Assembly: GCA_030628945.1 (NCBI GenBank)
Contig: DAOVPY010000001.1
Span: forward strand, 51,302-115,301
Source: Candidatus Nealsonbacteria bacterium
Lineage (GTDB): Bacteria; Patescibacteriota; Minisyncoccia; Minisyncoccales; DAOVPY01
Direction of reading: 5' to 3'
Length of the DNA: 64,000 bases
Part shown: piece by piece, positions 1 through 9,977 of the stretch
How the letters are laid out: every line of letters begins with the position of its first letter
Position numbering within the stretch: the first letter of the stretch is position 1
Program-made: the position numbers and the translations under genes
Notes under the pieces: model-generated
The model's database searches: none
What the model was told of the DNA's origin: nothing
What the model saw: only the letters and a program-made list of their open reading frames with translations

Positions 1-588
1 CGGGCATTGCCAACAACAATTGATAAAACTCAACTTTTGGCAGTTCTGGAAAATGGAAGAATTATAAAAGGCGAAGACGAGATAGACGTTCCCAAGAAAC
101 ACAGTCCAAAATTAAAAATCAAAAAAGTATTTTTGAAGCCAAAGGCAAAAATTTTCCCGGCGACAAAAGAGGCGATAACAAAAGCAAATTTAATTACTAT
201 CGGACCTGGCGATCTTTACTCAAGCATAATTTCCTGTTTTCTCCCTCAGGGAATAAAAGAAGCTCTGAAAAAGACAAAAGCAAAAAAGGTCTTGATTGTC
301 AATTCAATGACTAAGCTCGGCGAAACGAATAATTTTTCTGTCCTGGATTTTTCAAAAGAAGTTGAAAAATACATTGGCTGCGAATTGGATTTTGTTATTT
401 ATAATAATAAAATTTCTTCCAAACAACGGCTTAAAAAATACAAAAAACAACATCCCGAACTTCTGAATTTAGTAAAAATAGATAAAAATTTATCAAAGCC
501 AAAGTTCATCGCCAAAAATTTATTAGCAAAATCAGGCCCGATTGAATACGACTCTCAAAAAGTAGTAAAAATTATTTTAAATCTATGA
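1..588 (+). CDS. YvcK/CofD-like gluconeogenesis factor (UPF0052), C-terminal part. The gene continues upstream of the window (no stop in frame from nt 1).
   Basis: [10 protein letters not shown] matches the conserved IGPGSLYTSI motif near the C-terminus of the YvcK family. The ATGA overlap with the next gene suggests an operon. Confidence 0.55.
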   Translation, partial: RALPTTIDKTQLLAVLENGRIIKGEDEIDVPKKHSPKLKIKKVFLKPKAKIFPATKEAITKANLITIGPGDLYSSIISCFLPQGIKEALKKTKAKKVLIVNSMTKLGETNNFSVLDFSKEVEKYIGCELDFVIYNNKISSKQRLKKYKKQHPELLNLVKIDKNLSKPKFIAKNLLAKSGPIEYDSQKVVKIILNL

Positions 589-1838
589 AAGCCGTAATTT
601 TAGCCGCGGGCGAGTCGTCTCGCTTTTGGCCGTTAAATTTTCAACACAAATCTTTGTTCAAAATAATGGGCAGGCCTTTGATTTGGTATACGATTGAAGG
701 ATTAAGAAAAATTGGAATAAAAGAAATCATAATTGTTCAAGGACCGAATAAAAATGTTGAGCGAGAATTAGAAAATTACCAATTTGCAAATCTAAAAATA
801 GAGTTGGTTGTTCAGAAAACGCCAAAAGGAATGGGGAATGCTTTATGGCAAGCGAGAAATTTTCTGAAAAATAGATTTTTAGTTCTAAATGCTGAAAGAG
901 TGGATATAGATGAGATGATTAAAAATCCCAAAATAAAAAGTGTTTTGTTCGGGCAGAAGACAGAGACGCCTGAATTGTTTGGAATGTTTCGGTTGGAAGG
1001 AGACAGGGTTTTGGGAATTGTTGAAAAGCCGAAAAAAGGCAGAGAGCCGTCAGATATTAAAGTAATGGGAGTTTATGTTTTAGACCCAAGTTTTTTTGGT
1101 TCTTACCAAAAAGTTAAAAAACATATGTATGATTTTGAGGACGCTCTCTCTTTATATATGAAAAAAAATGATGTAAGGGTGATTATGCTTGATAAACCAG
1201 AAAAAGATACTCCGTCCTTAAAATATCCCTGGCATTTGTTTGACATAGAGAGATATTTGATGGATAGATTTTTAAAACCAAAAATTGAGAAAACAGCCCA
1301 AATCGCCAAAAATGTCATAATTAAAGGAAAAGTTTATATCGGTAAGAATGTTAAAATTTTTGAGAACGCGGTTATCAACGGACCTTGTTATATCGGCGCT
1401 CATTGTATTATCGGCAACAACGCTCTTTTGCGGGAATATGTAAACGTGGAAGACAATTGTCTGCTGGGAACTAATTTAGAAATAACACGGACAATCCTTC
1501 AGGAAAATGTTCATTTTCATTCCGGTTATTGCGGCGATTCAATTTTTAAAAACGGCTGCCGGGCTGGCGCCGATGTAATGGTCTCAAATATACGGCTGGA
1601 CAGGGGAGATATAAATTCAAGAGTTAAGGGTAAAAAAATTAATACTTGCTCGAAGCGCCTTGGAGTAATTGTCGGTAGAAATACTTTTTTAGGGACAAGA
1701 GTGAATATAATGCCCGGAATTTTAATCGGCTCAAACTGCCAAGTTGGCCCAAATTCTTTAGTAAGAGAAAACATCAAAGACAATGTAATTTTTTATACGA
1801 AATTTAAAGGAGTGATTAAAAGAAATGAAAAAAATTAG
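585..1838 (+). CDS. Sugar-phosphate nucleotidyltransferase with C-terminal left-handed beta-helix (hexapeptide-repeat) domain (GlmU/RmlA-like)
   Basis: N-terminus [18 protein letters not shown] matches the NTP-transferase G-rich loop (LAAGxGxR). The C-terminal half carries repeated [LIV]-G-x-x-x-x-[IV] hexapeptides ([28 protein letters not shown]...). Confidence 0.6.
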   Translation: MKAVILAAGESSRFWPLNFQHKSLFKIMGRPLIWYTIEGLRKIGIKEIIIVQGPNKNVERELENYQFANLKIELVVQKTPKGMGNALWQARNFLKNRFLVLNAERVDIDEMIKNPKIKSVLFGQKTETPELFGMFRLEGDRVLGIVEKPKKGREPSDIKVMGVYVLDPSFFGSYQKVKKHMYDFEDALSLYMKKNDVRVIMLDKPEKDTPSLKYPWHLFDIERYLMDRFLKPKIEKTAQIAKNVIIKGKVYIGKNVKIFENAVINGPCYIGAHCIIGNNALLREYVNVEDNCLLGTNLEITRTILQENVHFHSGYCGDSIFKNGCRAGADVMVSNIRLDRGDINSRVKGKKINTCSKRLGVIVGRNTFLGTRVNIMPGILIGSNCQVGPNSLVRENIKDNVIFYTKFKGVIKRNEKN

Positions 1839-2751
1839 GGTTTTGCTTTTGTTTTCTGGGGGCCTGGATTCAATTTTAGCAACAAAAGTTTTAATGGAGC
1901 AGGGGATTGAAGTAAAAGGAATAACTTTCAAGAGTTATTTTTTTGACGCTGAACAAGCGAAAAAAGCGGCAAAAAAAATTAAGCTGGCGTTGAAAATCGT
2001 TGATTTTTCCAAAGAGCATTTGAAAATGGTGAAAAATCCGAAATACGGTTATGGAAAAGCAATAAATCCCTGTATTGACTGCCATATTTTAATGCTCAAA
2101 AAAGCAAAGGCCGTGATGAAAAAAGAAAAATTTAGTTTTGTCGCCACCGGAGAAGTATTGGGCGAAAGGCCAATGAGCCAGAATAAGGGGGCATTGGGGT
2201 TGATAGAAAAAGAATCCGGCTTGAAAGGATATTTATTGCGACCCTTATCAGCAAAATTGTTGAAACCAACTATTCCTGAAAAATTGGGCTGGGTGGATAG
2301 AGAGAAACTATTAGATATTTCCGGTCGTTCCAGAAAAAAACAGATTGCTTTGGCTAAAAAATATAAAATTAAAAAATATCCAACACCAGCTGGCGGCTGT
2401 CTCTTATGCGATTTAGAGTTTAGCAAACGGCTGCGAGAATTATTAAAGATTTATCCGAGATGCGAAGGCAATGATATCGGGCTGTTAAAATTAGGCAGAC
2501 ATTTTTGCTTTGCCAAAACAAAAATTATAATTGGCCGCAACGAGGAAGAGAATGAAAAAATCAAAAAATTAAAAAACAAGGGGGATATTCTGATTGAAAT
2601 GAAAAATTACCCGGGACCTCTTACTTTAGTAAAAAATTACAGTAGATTGAAAATTTCAAAATCAGTTTTAGAAAAAGCTAAAAAATTAACTCAATATTAT
2701 TCAACCAAAGCTCGCTATGAAAGAGTGGTTGAGTTTGATATAATTATTTAA
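1825..2751 (+). CDS. PP-loop ATP pyrophosphatase, ThiI-like (tRNA thiolation type), without a THUMP domain
   Basis: SGGLDS PP-loop near the N-terminus. NPCIDCH and [13 protein letters not shown] resemble ThiI motifs (CxxC; TGESLGQVASQT). A second CxxC pair is present (CLLCD). Confidence 0.45.
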   Translation: MKKIRVLLLFSGGLDSILATKVLMEQGIEVKGITFKSYFFDAEQAKKAAKKIKLALKIVDFSKEHLKMVKNPKYGYGKAINPCIDCHILMLKKAKAVMKKEKFSFVATGEVLGERPMSQNKGALGLIEKESGLKGYLLRPLSAKLLKPTIPEKLGWVDREKLLDISGRSRKKQIALAKKYKIKKYPTPAGGCLLCDLEFSKRLRELLKIYPRCEGNDIGLLKLGRHFCFAKTKIIIGRNEEENEKIKKLKNKGDILIEMKNYPGPLTLVKNYSRLKISKSVLEKAKKLTQYYSTKARYERVVEFDIII

Positions 2752-3950
2752 TGAATCTTACTAATTTTAATCCATCTTCATATTTATTTTTCTTTTTGAA
2801 AAGAGAAGCGGATAGATTCTTCAGCAGTGTTGCCATCCGCGGTTTTGGAATGGGAATGATTGCCATTTTTGTTCCGATTTATATTTATCAACATTTTGGC
2901 TCTTTGTCTCTTACGCTTTTATTTTTTGCCGCTATCTACGGATTGCAGGGAATTTTATCTCCGTTCGGAGGGCAGATAATGATGAAGGTCGGCCTTAAAA
3001 AGGCAATGCTTCTTTCTCATCCCTTTTTTTGGGGATATTTTATTTGTTTGCTTTGTTTTAATATATCCTGGCTTTTTATTTTTTTAGCCATAATTTTGAA
3101 TGTTTTGGGAAAGATTTTCTTTTACCCCGCTTACCACACTAATTTTATTCGTGTTTCAGAAACAAAGAAGTTCGGAAAGGAGGTTGGAAAACTTAATTTT
3201 GTAAGCGCTCTGCCGGGAATTTTGGCGCCGGCAGTGGGCGGCGTTGTTCTTTCGTTTTTTGGCTATCCCACTTTATTTGTGGCGGTTTTATTCGTGCTGG
3301 TTAGTTCGGCAATACCTTTGCTTTTAAGTAAAGATGTTTATCAAATTTATACCGATTCTTATTTAGGGGCGTTTAAGAGGATGTTTAGAAAGGAAAATAG
3401 ATATTATAATTTGGCTTTCGCCACGTTGGGGATGGTGGGAACTATAAATTATTGTATTTGGCCCTTGTTTTTAATGATTTTATGTATTAATTATATGACT
3501 ATCGGGGCTATTGCCACCATAGCTTTGGTTGTTTCTTTGTTTTTCGCTTTGTATATGGGACGGCTTACAGACAGAGTGGATAAGACCAAACTTTTAGTAA
3601 TTGGTTCAATACTTACCGCCGGCGCCTGGCTCGGGAAATTTTTTGTAGTAAATCCGGCTTCGGCTTTTTTGGCTCAAAGTTTTTACCGGTTCGCCAGAAC
3701 CTCTGTCGGCATTCCTTTTCAGGCGGTCCAATACGAGAAAGCCGAAGCCAAAGGCAAGGAAATAGACGAGTTTATTATTTACAGGGATATAGTTATCGCG
3801 CTTTCGCGGAGTTTTTTGCTGTTGAGTTTGGCTGGAATATTTTTAATTGTTTCGGATATAAGATTTGCTTTTATTGTCGCGGCAATATTTTCTTTGGGTT
3901 TTATGTTTTTGGGAAAAATTTCAAAACTTAAATTTTGGGCTCAAAAATGA
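2751..3950 (+). CDS. Polytopic membrane transporter (MFS-like)
   Basis: About 12 hydrophobic helices. Short basic loops typical of MFS (GRLTDRVDK). Confidence 0.45.
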   Translation: MNLTNFNPSSYLFFFLKREADRFFSSVAIRGFGMGMIAIFVPIYIYQHFGSLSLTLLFFAAIYGLQGILSPFGGQIMMKVGLKKAMLLSHPFFWGYFICLLCFNISWLFIFLAIILNVLGKIFFYPAYHTNFIRVSETKKFGKEVGKLNFVSALPGILAPAVGGVVLSFFGYPTLFVAVLFVLVSSAIPLLLSKDVYQIYTDSYLGAFKRMFRKENRYYNLAFATLGMVGTINYCIWPLFLMILCINYMTIGAIATIALVVSLFFALYMGRLTDRVDKTKLLVIGSILTAGAWLGKFFVVNPASAFLAQSFYRFARTSVGIPFQAVQYEKAEAKGKEIDEFIIYRDIVIALSRSFLLLSLAGIFLIVSDIRFAFIVAAIFSLGFMFLGKISKLKFWAQK

Positions 3951-4462
3951 TGAATATTAATTTTTATCTTTTTCAATATATAAATGGTTTTGCTGGCAAG
4001 TGGGTCTGGCTGGACGTTCTGGGTATTTTTTTTGCCCGGTATTTTGGGTATATTTTGGCCCTGAGCTTGTTTTTGTTTTTGCTGAAAGATTGGCGAAAAT
4101 ATCGGTTAATGCTGATTTATGGATTTTCAGCGGCAATTTTTGCCAGATTTGGGATTACGGAATTAATTCGCTGGTTTTGGCCAAGGCCCAGGCCGTTTGC
4201 GGAGAATCACGTTAATCTGCTTTTGGACCACTTAAATCAAGCGGCTTTCCCTTCGGGCCACGCCGCTTTCTTTTTCGCTCTTTCAACGGTTGTTTATTTT
4301 TACAATAAAAAAACCGGCTATCTATTTTTTATAGCAAGTTTTTTAATTTGTTTTGCCCGGGTTTTCTGCGGCATTCATTGGCCATGCGATATCCTCGCCG
4401 GCGCGCTTGTCGGCATTTTTTCCGGCTGGTTAATATTGAAAATTTTCCGCAAAAAATTTTAA
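3947..4462 (+). CDS. PAP2-family phosphatase (undecaprenyl-diphosphatase/phosphatidic acid phosphatase-like)
   Basis: PAP2 signature PSGH ... SRVFCGIHWPCD (KxxxxxxRP / PSGH / SRxxxxxHxxxD) in a four-TM membrane protein. The ORF track starts at a TTG at 3935; ATG at 3947 is preferred. Confidence 0.7.
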   Translation: MMNINFYLFQYINGFAGKWVWLDVLGIFFARYFGYILALSLFLFLLKDWRKYRLMLIYGFSAAIFARFGITELIRWFWPRPRPFAENHVNLLLDHLNQAAFPSGHAAFFFALSTVVYFYNKKTGYLFFIASFLICFARVFCGIHWPCDILAGALVGIFSGWLILKIFRKKF

Positions 4463-4484
4463 ACATCTAATTTTTAACATTCAT

Positions 4485-5597
4485 ATGAAAAATTTGAAAG
4501 AAAAAGTTGGACAATTGTTTATTTGTAGAACACCCGAGGATATTAACCAAATTGAAATGTTTATAAAGGAAGGGATTGGTGGTTTTATGATTGGTAAAGG
4601 TGGTGAAATCGTTTCCGAAAATCAGGCTGTATTAGAAGGGGATAGCTTGGAATTATTAAAACGATTTGTAAGATTATTAAATAAATTATCGCAGAAAAAT
4701 AAAAAAGTTCCTTTATTTTTAGTGATTGATGGTGAAGGAGGAGAATATTTTAACAGGCTCAAATCAATCTCTGATTATAAATCTCCGCGTTTTTATGGAA
4801 AAAAGTTTGAAAAGGATGGGAATTTAGAATTTTTTGAAAGAGAGGTTAAAAAATTTGCTAAGTTAATAAATCAAATTGGGTTTAATATGAATTTTGCGCC
4901 ATTGGTTGATTGCGCAAAAAACGGGTATAGAGGATACATAGCAGAGGAAAGAGCATTGGTTAAAAATAAAGATGGTTTAACAAAATCTGAGACTGCGGCA
5001 GCGGATAGATCTTATTCTGACAAAATGGAAACAGTAATTACATTGGGTTTGACTGCAATGCGAATTTTTCAAGAACACAATATTATACCAACATTAAAAC
5101 ATTTTCCCTCATATGGAATTTTAAAGAAAAATCAAAATCCGCATAGAGTTTTGCCAAAATTAGAATTACCTAAAAACGAAATTTTAGCGCAGATTGAGCC
5201 ATATAGAAAAGCTTTTAAAAATGGGTGCTATGCAATAATGAAAGGACATATAATAACTTGTTTGGATAAAACTGCTCCTGCTTCGCTTTCAGTTAAAATT
5301 GATAAATTTCTAAAGGATGAATTAAGTTTTGATGGTTTGGTGGTCGTGGACGAGTTGCATATGGGCGCAATAAGACAATATTATTCAAAATTAAATTCTT
5401 CTGAAGAAATTTTTAAAAAAGCTGCTGTTGATGCGCTAAAAGTAAATGATATTATATTAACCAGTTATCCAGAAGATTTCATTATTATGCGGGATGCAAT
5501 TATTGAGGGAGCAAATAAAAATGGAAAATTTTTAGAGAGAGTTAATGAAGCATGCAAAAAAGTATTGTATTATAAAAAAATCATAAATTTACTATAA
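4485..5597 (+). CDS. Glycoside hydrolase family 3-like protein (NagZ-like N-terminal domain), divergent
   Basis: Matches to NagZ: KVGQLFI; LVIDGEGG (IDQEGG); NFAPLVD (SFAPVLD); KHFPSYG (KHFPGHG); LKDELSFDGLVVVDELHMGAI ([21 protein letters not shown]). Confidence 0.45.
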   Translation: MKNLKEKVGQLFICRTPEDINQIEMFIKEGIGGFMIGKGGEIVSENQAVLEGDSLELLKRFVRLLNKLSQKNKKVPLFLVIDGEGGEYFNRLKSISDYKSPRFYGKKFEKDGNLEFFEREVKKFAKLINQIGFNMNFAPLVDCAKNGYRGYIAEERALVKNKDGLTKSETAAADRSYSDKMETVITLGLTAMRIFQEHNIIPTLKHFPSYGILKKNQNPHRVLPKLELPKNEILAQIEPYRKAFKNGCYAIMKGHIITCLDKTAPASLSVKIDKFLKDELSFDGLVVVDELHMGAIRQYYSKLNSSEEIFKKAAVDALKVNDIILTSYPEDFIIMRDAIIEGANKNGKFLERVNEACKKVLYYKKIINLL

Positions 5598-5651
5598 TGG
5601 CAAGAAAAATAATATTTTTAAAAAGATATATTAAAAACCCTATAAAATAAA

Positions 5652-5683
5652 AAATGGCAGAGAACAGGTCTCTGCCATTTTTC
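5652..5683. terminator. Bidirectional rho-independent terminator (A-tract / GGCAGAGAACAGGTCTCTGCC hairpin / T-tract)
   Basis: Perfect 8-bp stem GGCAGAGA/TCTCTGCC with a 5-nt loop, flanked by AAAAT and ATTTTTC. It lies between the convergent GH3-like gene and tRNA-Leu. Confidence 0.7.
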
Positions 5684-5687
5684 ATTG

Positions 5688-5771
5688 TGCCGCGGGTGGG
5701 ACTCGAACCCACACGAGGTTGCCCTCACACGGTTTTGAACCGTGCGCGTAAGCCAATTCCGCCACCGCGGC
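5688..5771 (-). tRNA. tRNA-Leu (anticodon CAA), type II with long variable arm
   Basis: Reverse complement reads GCCGCGGTGGCGGAATTGGCTTACGCGCACGGTTCAAAACCGTGTGAGGGCAACCTCGTGTGGGTTCGAGTCCCACCCGCGGCA. Acceptor stem is GCCGCGG/CCGCGGC. Anticodon stem CACGG/CCGTG has loop TTCAAAA (CAA). T-arm GGTTCGAGTCC. No encoded CCA. Confidence 0.85.
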
Positions 5772-5836
5772 GTGATTTAACTTTACCAAAAATTTCGCTA
5801 TTTGTAAATTCAAAAAATTTGTGTTATGGTAATTTA

Positions 5837-6631
5837 ATGGCTCGGATTATCAGTATTTTAAATCAAAAAGGCGGAACTGGGAAATCAACTACCAGTGTTA
5901 ATCTTCCAGTTTTCTTGGCGGCTATGGGCAAAAGGGTTTTATTGGTTGATTTTGATTCTCAAGCCAACGCCACTTTTTCTCTTGGCATTGACCCGAAAAA
6001 ATTGCCGCTTTCTGTTTACCATGCTTTAATGGGCCAGGTTACTCCTTCAGCCATTATCAGGAAAACCTCATTTTTTGGCTATGAAATTATGCCGGCGTCT
6101 CCGGATTTGGCCGGCGCCACCGTGGAATTAGTGAGCCTAAAAGACCGGGAATTCAAACTTGACCAAACCCTGGAAAAGGTCAAGGATTCTTACGATTTTA
6201 TTATTATTGATTCGCCTCCCAGTTTGGGTCTTCTCACCTTGAACGCTTTGGTCGCCTCAAAAGAAATTTTAATTCCTGTTCAGTGCGAATATCTGGCTCT
6301 GGAAGGATTGGAGCAGCTTTTAGCAACAATTGATCTGGTTAAAAATAATTTAAATAAAGAAGTTAAAATTACAGGAGCCCTTTTGACTATGTATAATAGA
6401 GGAAATCGGCTTTCCAGAGATGTGGCAAAAGAAGTGAGGAGAAATTTTCCCGGCTATGTTTTTGACGCAGTAATTCCCAGAGCAATAGTTTTAGCCGAGG
6501 CGCCCAAGTTTGGCAAACCGATTTTGCAATACGCTCCTGCTTCGCTGGCAACAAAAGCGTATCGGGAGCTGGCAGAAGAAATCATTAACCTTGAAACCTA
6601 TAACTTGAAACCTATAACTCAAGAAGAATAA
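5837..6631 (+). CDS. parA: Chromosome partitioning ATPase ParA/Soj
   Basis: Deviant Walker A KGGTGKSTT and DSPPSLG motif. The ORF-track N-terminal extension (5654-5836) overlaps the tRNA-Leu and terminator and is spurious; the start is set at the MARIISILNQKGG ATG. Confidence 0.9.
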   Translation: MARIISILNQKGGTGKSTTSVNLPVFLAAMGKRVLLVDFDSQANATFSLGIDPKKLPLSVYHALMGQVTPSAIIRKTSFFGYEIMPASPDLAGATVELVSLKDREFKLDQTLEKVKDSYDFIIIDSPPSLGLLTLNALVASKEILIPVQCEYLALEGLEQLLATIDLVKNNLNKEVKITGALLTMYNRGNRLSRDVAKEVRRNFPGYVFDAVIPRAIVLAEAPKFGKPILQYAPASLATKAYRELAEEIINLETYNLKPITQEE

Positions 6632-6643
6632 TTAAAATCTTTA

Positions 6644-6678
6644 GTTACAAGTTACAAGTTACAAGTTACAAGTTACAT
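6644..6678. repeat. Heptanucleotide tandem repeat GTTACAA x ~5, ending in and overlapping the parB ATG (GTTACATGCG)
   Basis: Direct read: gttacaa gttacaa gttacaa gttacaa gttacat. Confidence 0.9.
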
Positions 6679-7558
6679 GCGAAATTCTTTTGGCAAAGGT
6701 ATTGAGTCCTTAATTCCAAAAAAATCAGGCAAAACCGATGCGGTTTTTCCTTCTAAAACAGAGGCGGTTTTTTTTATTGAAATTGAAAAAATTAGACCCA
6801 ATCCTTACCAGCCCAGGAAAGAATTTGACCCGGAAGGACTTCAGTCCTTGGCTGATTCAATTCAGGAACATGGAATTTTACAACCTTTGATTGCTTCCAA
6901 GATTGAAAAAGACGTAGCGGGCGGCAGGCAGGTTAGATACGAATTAATCGCCGGCGAGAGAAGATTGCTTGCGGCAAAAATGTGTGGTTTAACCCAGGTG
7001 CCGCTCATCATCAGGGAGCCCACTGAACAGGAAAAATTAGAGGTTTCTTTAATTGAAAATGTTCAGCGACGGGATTTAAATCTGATGGAAAAAGCCGAAG
7101 CGTATAAAAAATTGGAGCAGGATTTTCATTTCAGTCATCCCGCGATTGCCAAAATGGTGGGAGTGAGCAGGCCTGTGATAAGCAATGCCCTGAGAGTTCT
7201 TAATCTGCCCGAAGAAATAAAACAGGCGGTGAGAGAGGAGAAAATCACAGACGGCCATACCAGAGCGATTTTAATGGCAAAAGAGCCGGAAAAACAAAAA
7301 AATCTTTTTTCCAAAATTTTAAGGGACCGCTTAAACGTAAGGGAAGCCGAAGCAATGGCTCAGAAATTAGAGGTCTGGCAGCCCAAGCCAAGAACAATAA
7401 AATTCAGGGAAGAATTTAAAGAACTGGAACAAAAAGCCAAAGAAATTTTAGGCATTGAGTCACTTAAATTCGGAATGGAAATTAACCGTCCAAAATTAAC
7501 AATTTTGTTTAACACAAAAAAACAAATAGAAGATTTACTAGATAGATTTAAACATTGA
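6677..7558 (+). CDS. parB: Chromosome partitioning protein ParB/Spo0J
   Basis: ParB box motifs IRPNPYQPRKEF and LIAGERRLLAAK, plus HTH. Confidence 0.9.
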   Translation: MRNSFGKGIESLIPKKSGKTDAVFPSKTEAVFFIEIEKIRPNPYQPRKEFDPEGLQSLADSIQEHGILQPLIASKIEKDVAGGRQVRYELIAGERRLLAAKMCGLTQVPLIIREPTEQEKLEVSLIENVQRRDLNLMEKAEAYKKLEQDFHFSHPAIAKMVGVSRPVISNALRVLNLPEEIKQAVREEKITDGHTRAILMAKEPEKQKNLFSKILRDRLNVREAEAMAQKLEVWQPKPRTIKFREEFKELEQKAKEILGIESLKFGMEINRPKLTILFNTKKQIEDLLDRFKH

Positions 7559-7561
7559 CAA

Positions 7562-7600
7562 AAATTTGACAAAAAGCAATAAAAGTGTAAAATAAAATAT
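7562..7600 (+). promoter_or_regulatory. Putative sigma-70-type promoter (two TTGACA boxes, TAAAAT -10)
   Basis: acaTTGACAaaaaTTTGACAaaaagcaataaaagtgTAAAATaaaat, upstream of the small ORF at 7636. Confidence 0.3.
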
Positions 7601-7635
7601 CGCGGTAAAGAGATTGTTGAGAGAGGATGTTAAAA

Positions 7636-7824
7636 ATGAAAAAAGAACGCAAAAAGTTTTTATCGGTACAGCGCAGGGATTTATGGGACGGTCCAGACCA
7701 ATACGATTTTTGGAATATGTCTTCAAATGATCTGAAGTATATGTTGGGACATAAACCTAAAAAAGACAGAAAAATAAAACCCGTAATAATGCTTATTTTA
7801 AGGCTAAGGGGGCATTTAAAATAA
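7636..7824 (+). CDS. Small basic hypothetical protein (62 aa)
   Basis: GAGAGG SD 8 nt upstream of ATG, preceded by the promoter-like sequence and followed by a terminator. No recognisable family. Confidence 0.25.
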   Translation: MKKERKKFLSVQRRDLWDGPDQYDFWNMSSNDLKYMLGHKPKKDRKIKPVIMLILRLRGHLK

Positions 7825-7833
7825 GCATAAACA

Positions 7834-7876
7834 TAAAAAAAACCAAGAAGAAACTTTCTTGGCTTTTACTTTTTAT
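7834..7876. terminator. Bidirectional rho-independent terminator
   Basis: AAAAAAAA-CCAAGAAG-AAAC-TTTCTTGG-CTTTTACTTTTT; it serves the convergent small ORF (+) and topA (-). Confidence 0.65.
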
Positions 7877-7917
7877 AATCGTAGAATTTGTTTTGTTCAT
7901 AATTCATAATTTTAAAT

Positions 7918-9957
7918 TCAGGGTTTTATGTGGTCGCATTCTTTATTTGAGCATTTTATTTGGCCTCTTTTTGTTTCAACCAATAAGGAATCGCACTTCG
8001 GGCATTTTTCATTAAGAGGTTTATCCCACAAAGCGAAATCGCATTCTGGATATTTGTTGCAGCCATAAAATAGTTTGCCTCTGCGAGTTCTTTTTTCCAC
8101 GATGTCTCCATCGTCGCATTTTGGGCACTTGATTCCCAAAATATTTTTTTCAAGAGGCGCGGTATGCCGGCACTTTGGAAATCCTGAGCAAGCGTAAAAT
8201 TTGCCGAATCTGCCGAGTTTAATCAAAAGGGGAGCTCCGCATTTGGGGCAGATTTTTTTTGTTTTTTGTTCCGCAATATCTTTTTTGGAAATCTCTTGTT
8301 CTTTTTGTTTCAATAACTCGGCAAAGGGTTTATAAAATTCTTTTATGACCGGAATCCATTTTTTTTCGCCTTCGGCGATTTTATCCAAGTCCTTTTCCAT
8401 TTCAGCCGTAAATTTGATATCAACGATTTCTGGGAAATGCTTTACCAGAAGGTCGTTGACTACCATTCCGATTTCAGTTGGTCGGAATTTTCTTTGTTCG
8501 TTTTTTTCAATATAATTTCTGTCCTGAATAGTGGAAATCACGGGCGCGTAAGTTGACGGTCTGCCAATTCCATTTTCTTCCAAAATTTTAATCAGGGTTG
8601 CTTCGCTGTATCTTGCCGGAGGTTGGGTGAAATGTTGAGAGGGGATAAGTTTTAACAATTCCAAAATTTCTTCAACCTTCAGCGCAGGCAATTCAGTTTC
8701 TTCATATTTGACGAGATATACTTTTAAGAAGCCATCAAATTTTAGAGTTTGCCCGGTTGCGCGAAAAGTATAATTTTTAGCCGCAATATCTATAGTAGTT
8801 GAGTCAAAAATTGCCTGGTTCATTTGAGAAGCGATAAATCTTCGCCAAATCAAATCATAAAGCCGAAATTGGTTATCTTCCAGTTTCATTTGGATTTTTA
8901 GTTTTTCAGGCGTCTTATCGGAATAACTCGGCCGTATCGCTTCATGCGCTTCCTGCGCTCCTTTTACTTTGGTTTTATATTTTCTTAAAAATCCGGCCCA
9001 GTAATTTTTTCCGAAGTTTTCTTCAATAAATTTTTTAGCCCCGAATAGAGCCAAATCAGCAATGTTCAAGGAATCGGTTCTATGATAAGTGGTGTGTCCC
9101 TTTTCATAAAGATTTTGAGCAATTCTCATTGTAAATTTTGCGGGCCAATGGAATTTTTTCCACGCTTCCTGCTGTAAAGTTGAAGTGATAAAAGGCGGCA
9201 AAGGATTTCTCTTGATTTCTTTTTTTTCAACACTGTTCACTTTAAATTCCGCGCTTTTCAGATTTTTAACAATCTCTTCTGCTTCTTTTTTCGTCTTAAT
9301 CCCCAATTTTGGAATTACTTTATCGTCTTTTTTAACTAATTTGGCGAGAAAAGATTTGGCTTGTGATTGAAGTTCTGCTTCAATATTCCAGTATTTTTCC
9401 GGTTTGAACTTTTCAATTTCTCGTTCCCGTTCGCAAACCAGACGAACTGCCACTGACTGCACCCGTCCGGCTGATAATCCTCTGGCAACCTTTTTCCAGA
9501 GAAAAGGGGATAGTTTATAGCCTACCAAGCGGTCTAAAATTCTTCTCGCCTGTTGCGCGTCAACAAGATTTATATCAAGAGCGCGCGGATTTTTTAGAGC
9601 CGCTTCAATCGCCGATTTTGTGATTTCGTGAAAAGCGATTCTTTGATAATTTTTATCATCACCCAAATTTAAAATTTGGGCGAGGTGCCAGGCAATGGCT
9701 TCTCCTTCTCTGTCCTCGTCTGTGGCCAAAATAACTGAATCCGCTTTTTCTGCTTCTTTTTTCAAAATATTTACATTTTTTCTGGCTTTCAGAGGGATAA
9801 CATATTTTGGTTTGAAATTATTTTCTGTTTCTATCCCAAGTTCACCCTTCGGCAGGTCGCGAATATGGCCGTAGGAAGACAAGACCTTGTACTTAGGCCC
9901 TAAAAATCCTTGGATAGTCCGACATTTTGTCGGCGACTCTACTACAACTAAGTTCAT
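7918..9957 (-). CDS. topA: DNA topoisomerase I with C-terminal zinc-ribbon repeats
   Basis: TOPRIM N-terminus (LVVVESPTKCRTI), active-site region, and three C-terminal CxxC...CxxC zinc ribbons (CPKCGAPLLIK..., CPKCDDGDIV..., CPKCDSLLVE...). Confidence 0.95.
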   Translation of the reverse strand: MNLVVVESPTKCRTIQGFLGPKYKVLSSYGHIRDLPKGELGIETENNFKPKYVIPLKARKNVNILKKEAEKADSVILATDEDREGEAIAWHLAQILNLGDDKNYQRIAFHEITKSAIEAALKNPRALDINLVDAQQARRILDRLVGYKLSPFLWKKVARGLSAGRVQSVAVRLVCEREREIEKFKPEKYWNIEAELQSQAKSFLAKLVKKDDKVIPKLGIKTKKEAEEIVKNLKSAEFKVNSVEKKEIKRNPLPPFITSTLQQEAWKKFHWPAKFTMRIAQNLYEKGHTTYHRTDSLNIADLALFGAKKFIEENFGKNYWAGFLRKYKTKVKGAQEAHEAIRPSYSDKTPEKLKIQMKLEDNQFRLYDLIWRRFIASQMNQAIFDSTTIDIAAKNYTFRATGQTLKFDGFLKVYLVKYEETELPALKVEEILELLKLIPSQHFTQPPARYSEATLIKILEENGIGRPSTYAPVISTIQDRNYIEKNEQRKFRPTEIGMVVNDLLVKHFPEIVDIKFTAEMEKDLDKIAEGEKKWIPVIKEFYKPFAELLKQKEQEISKKDIAEQKTKKICPKCGAPLLIKLGRFGKFYACSGFPKCRHTAPLEKNILGIKCPKCDDGDIVEKRTRRGKLFYGCNKYPECDFALWDKPLNEKCPKCDSLLVETKRGQIKCSNKECDHIKP

Positions 9958-9977
9958 AAAAATTAAAAATTAAAAAT

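Noticed and set aside
5654-5836. N-terminal 61 codons of the ORF-track entry 5654..6631 (MAENRSLPFFIVPRVGLEPTRGCPHTV...)
   Set aside because: This stretch is the antisense of tRNA-Leu(CAA) and of the bidirectional terminator hairpin; the tell-tale VGLEPT translation is typical of a reversed tRNA T-arm. The real parA starts at the ATG at 5837, directly before the Walker A box.
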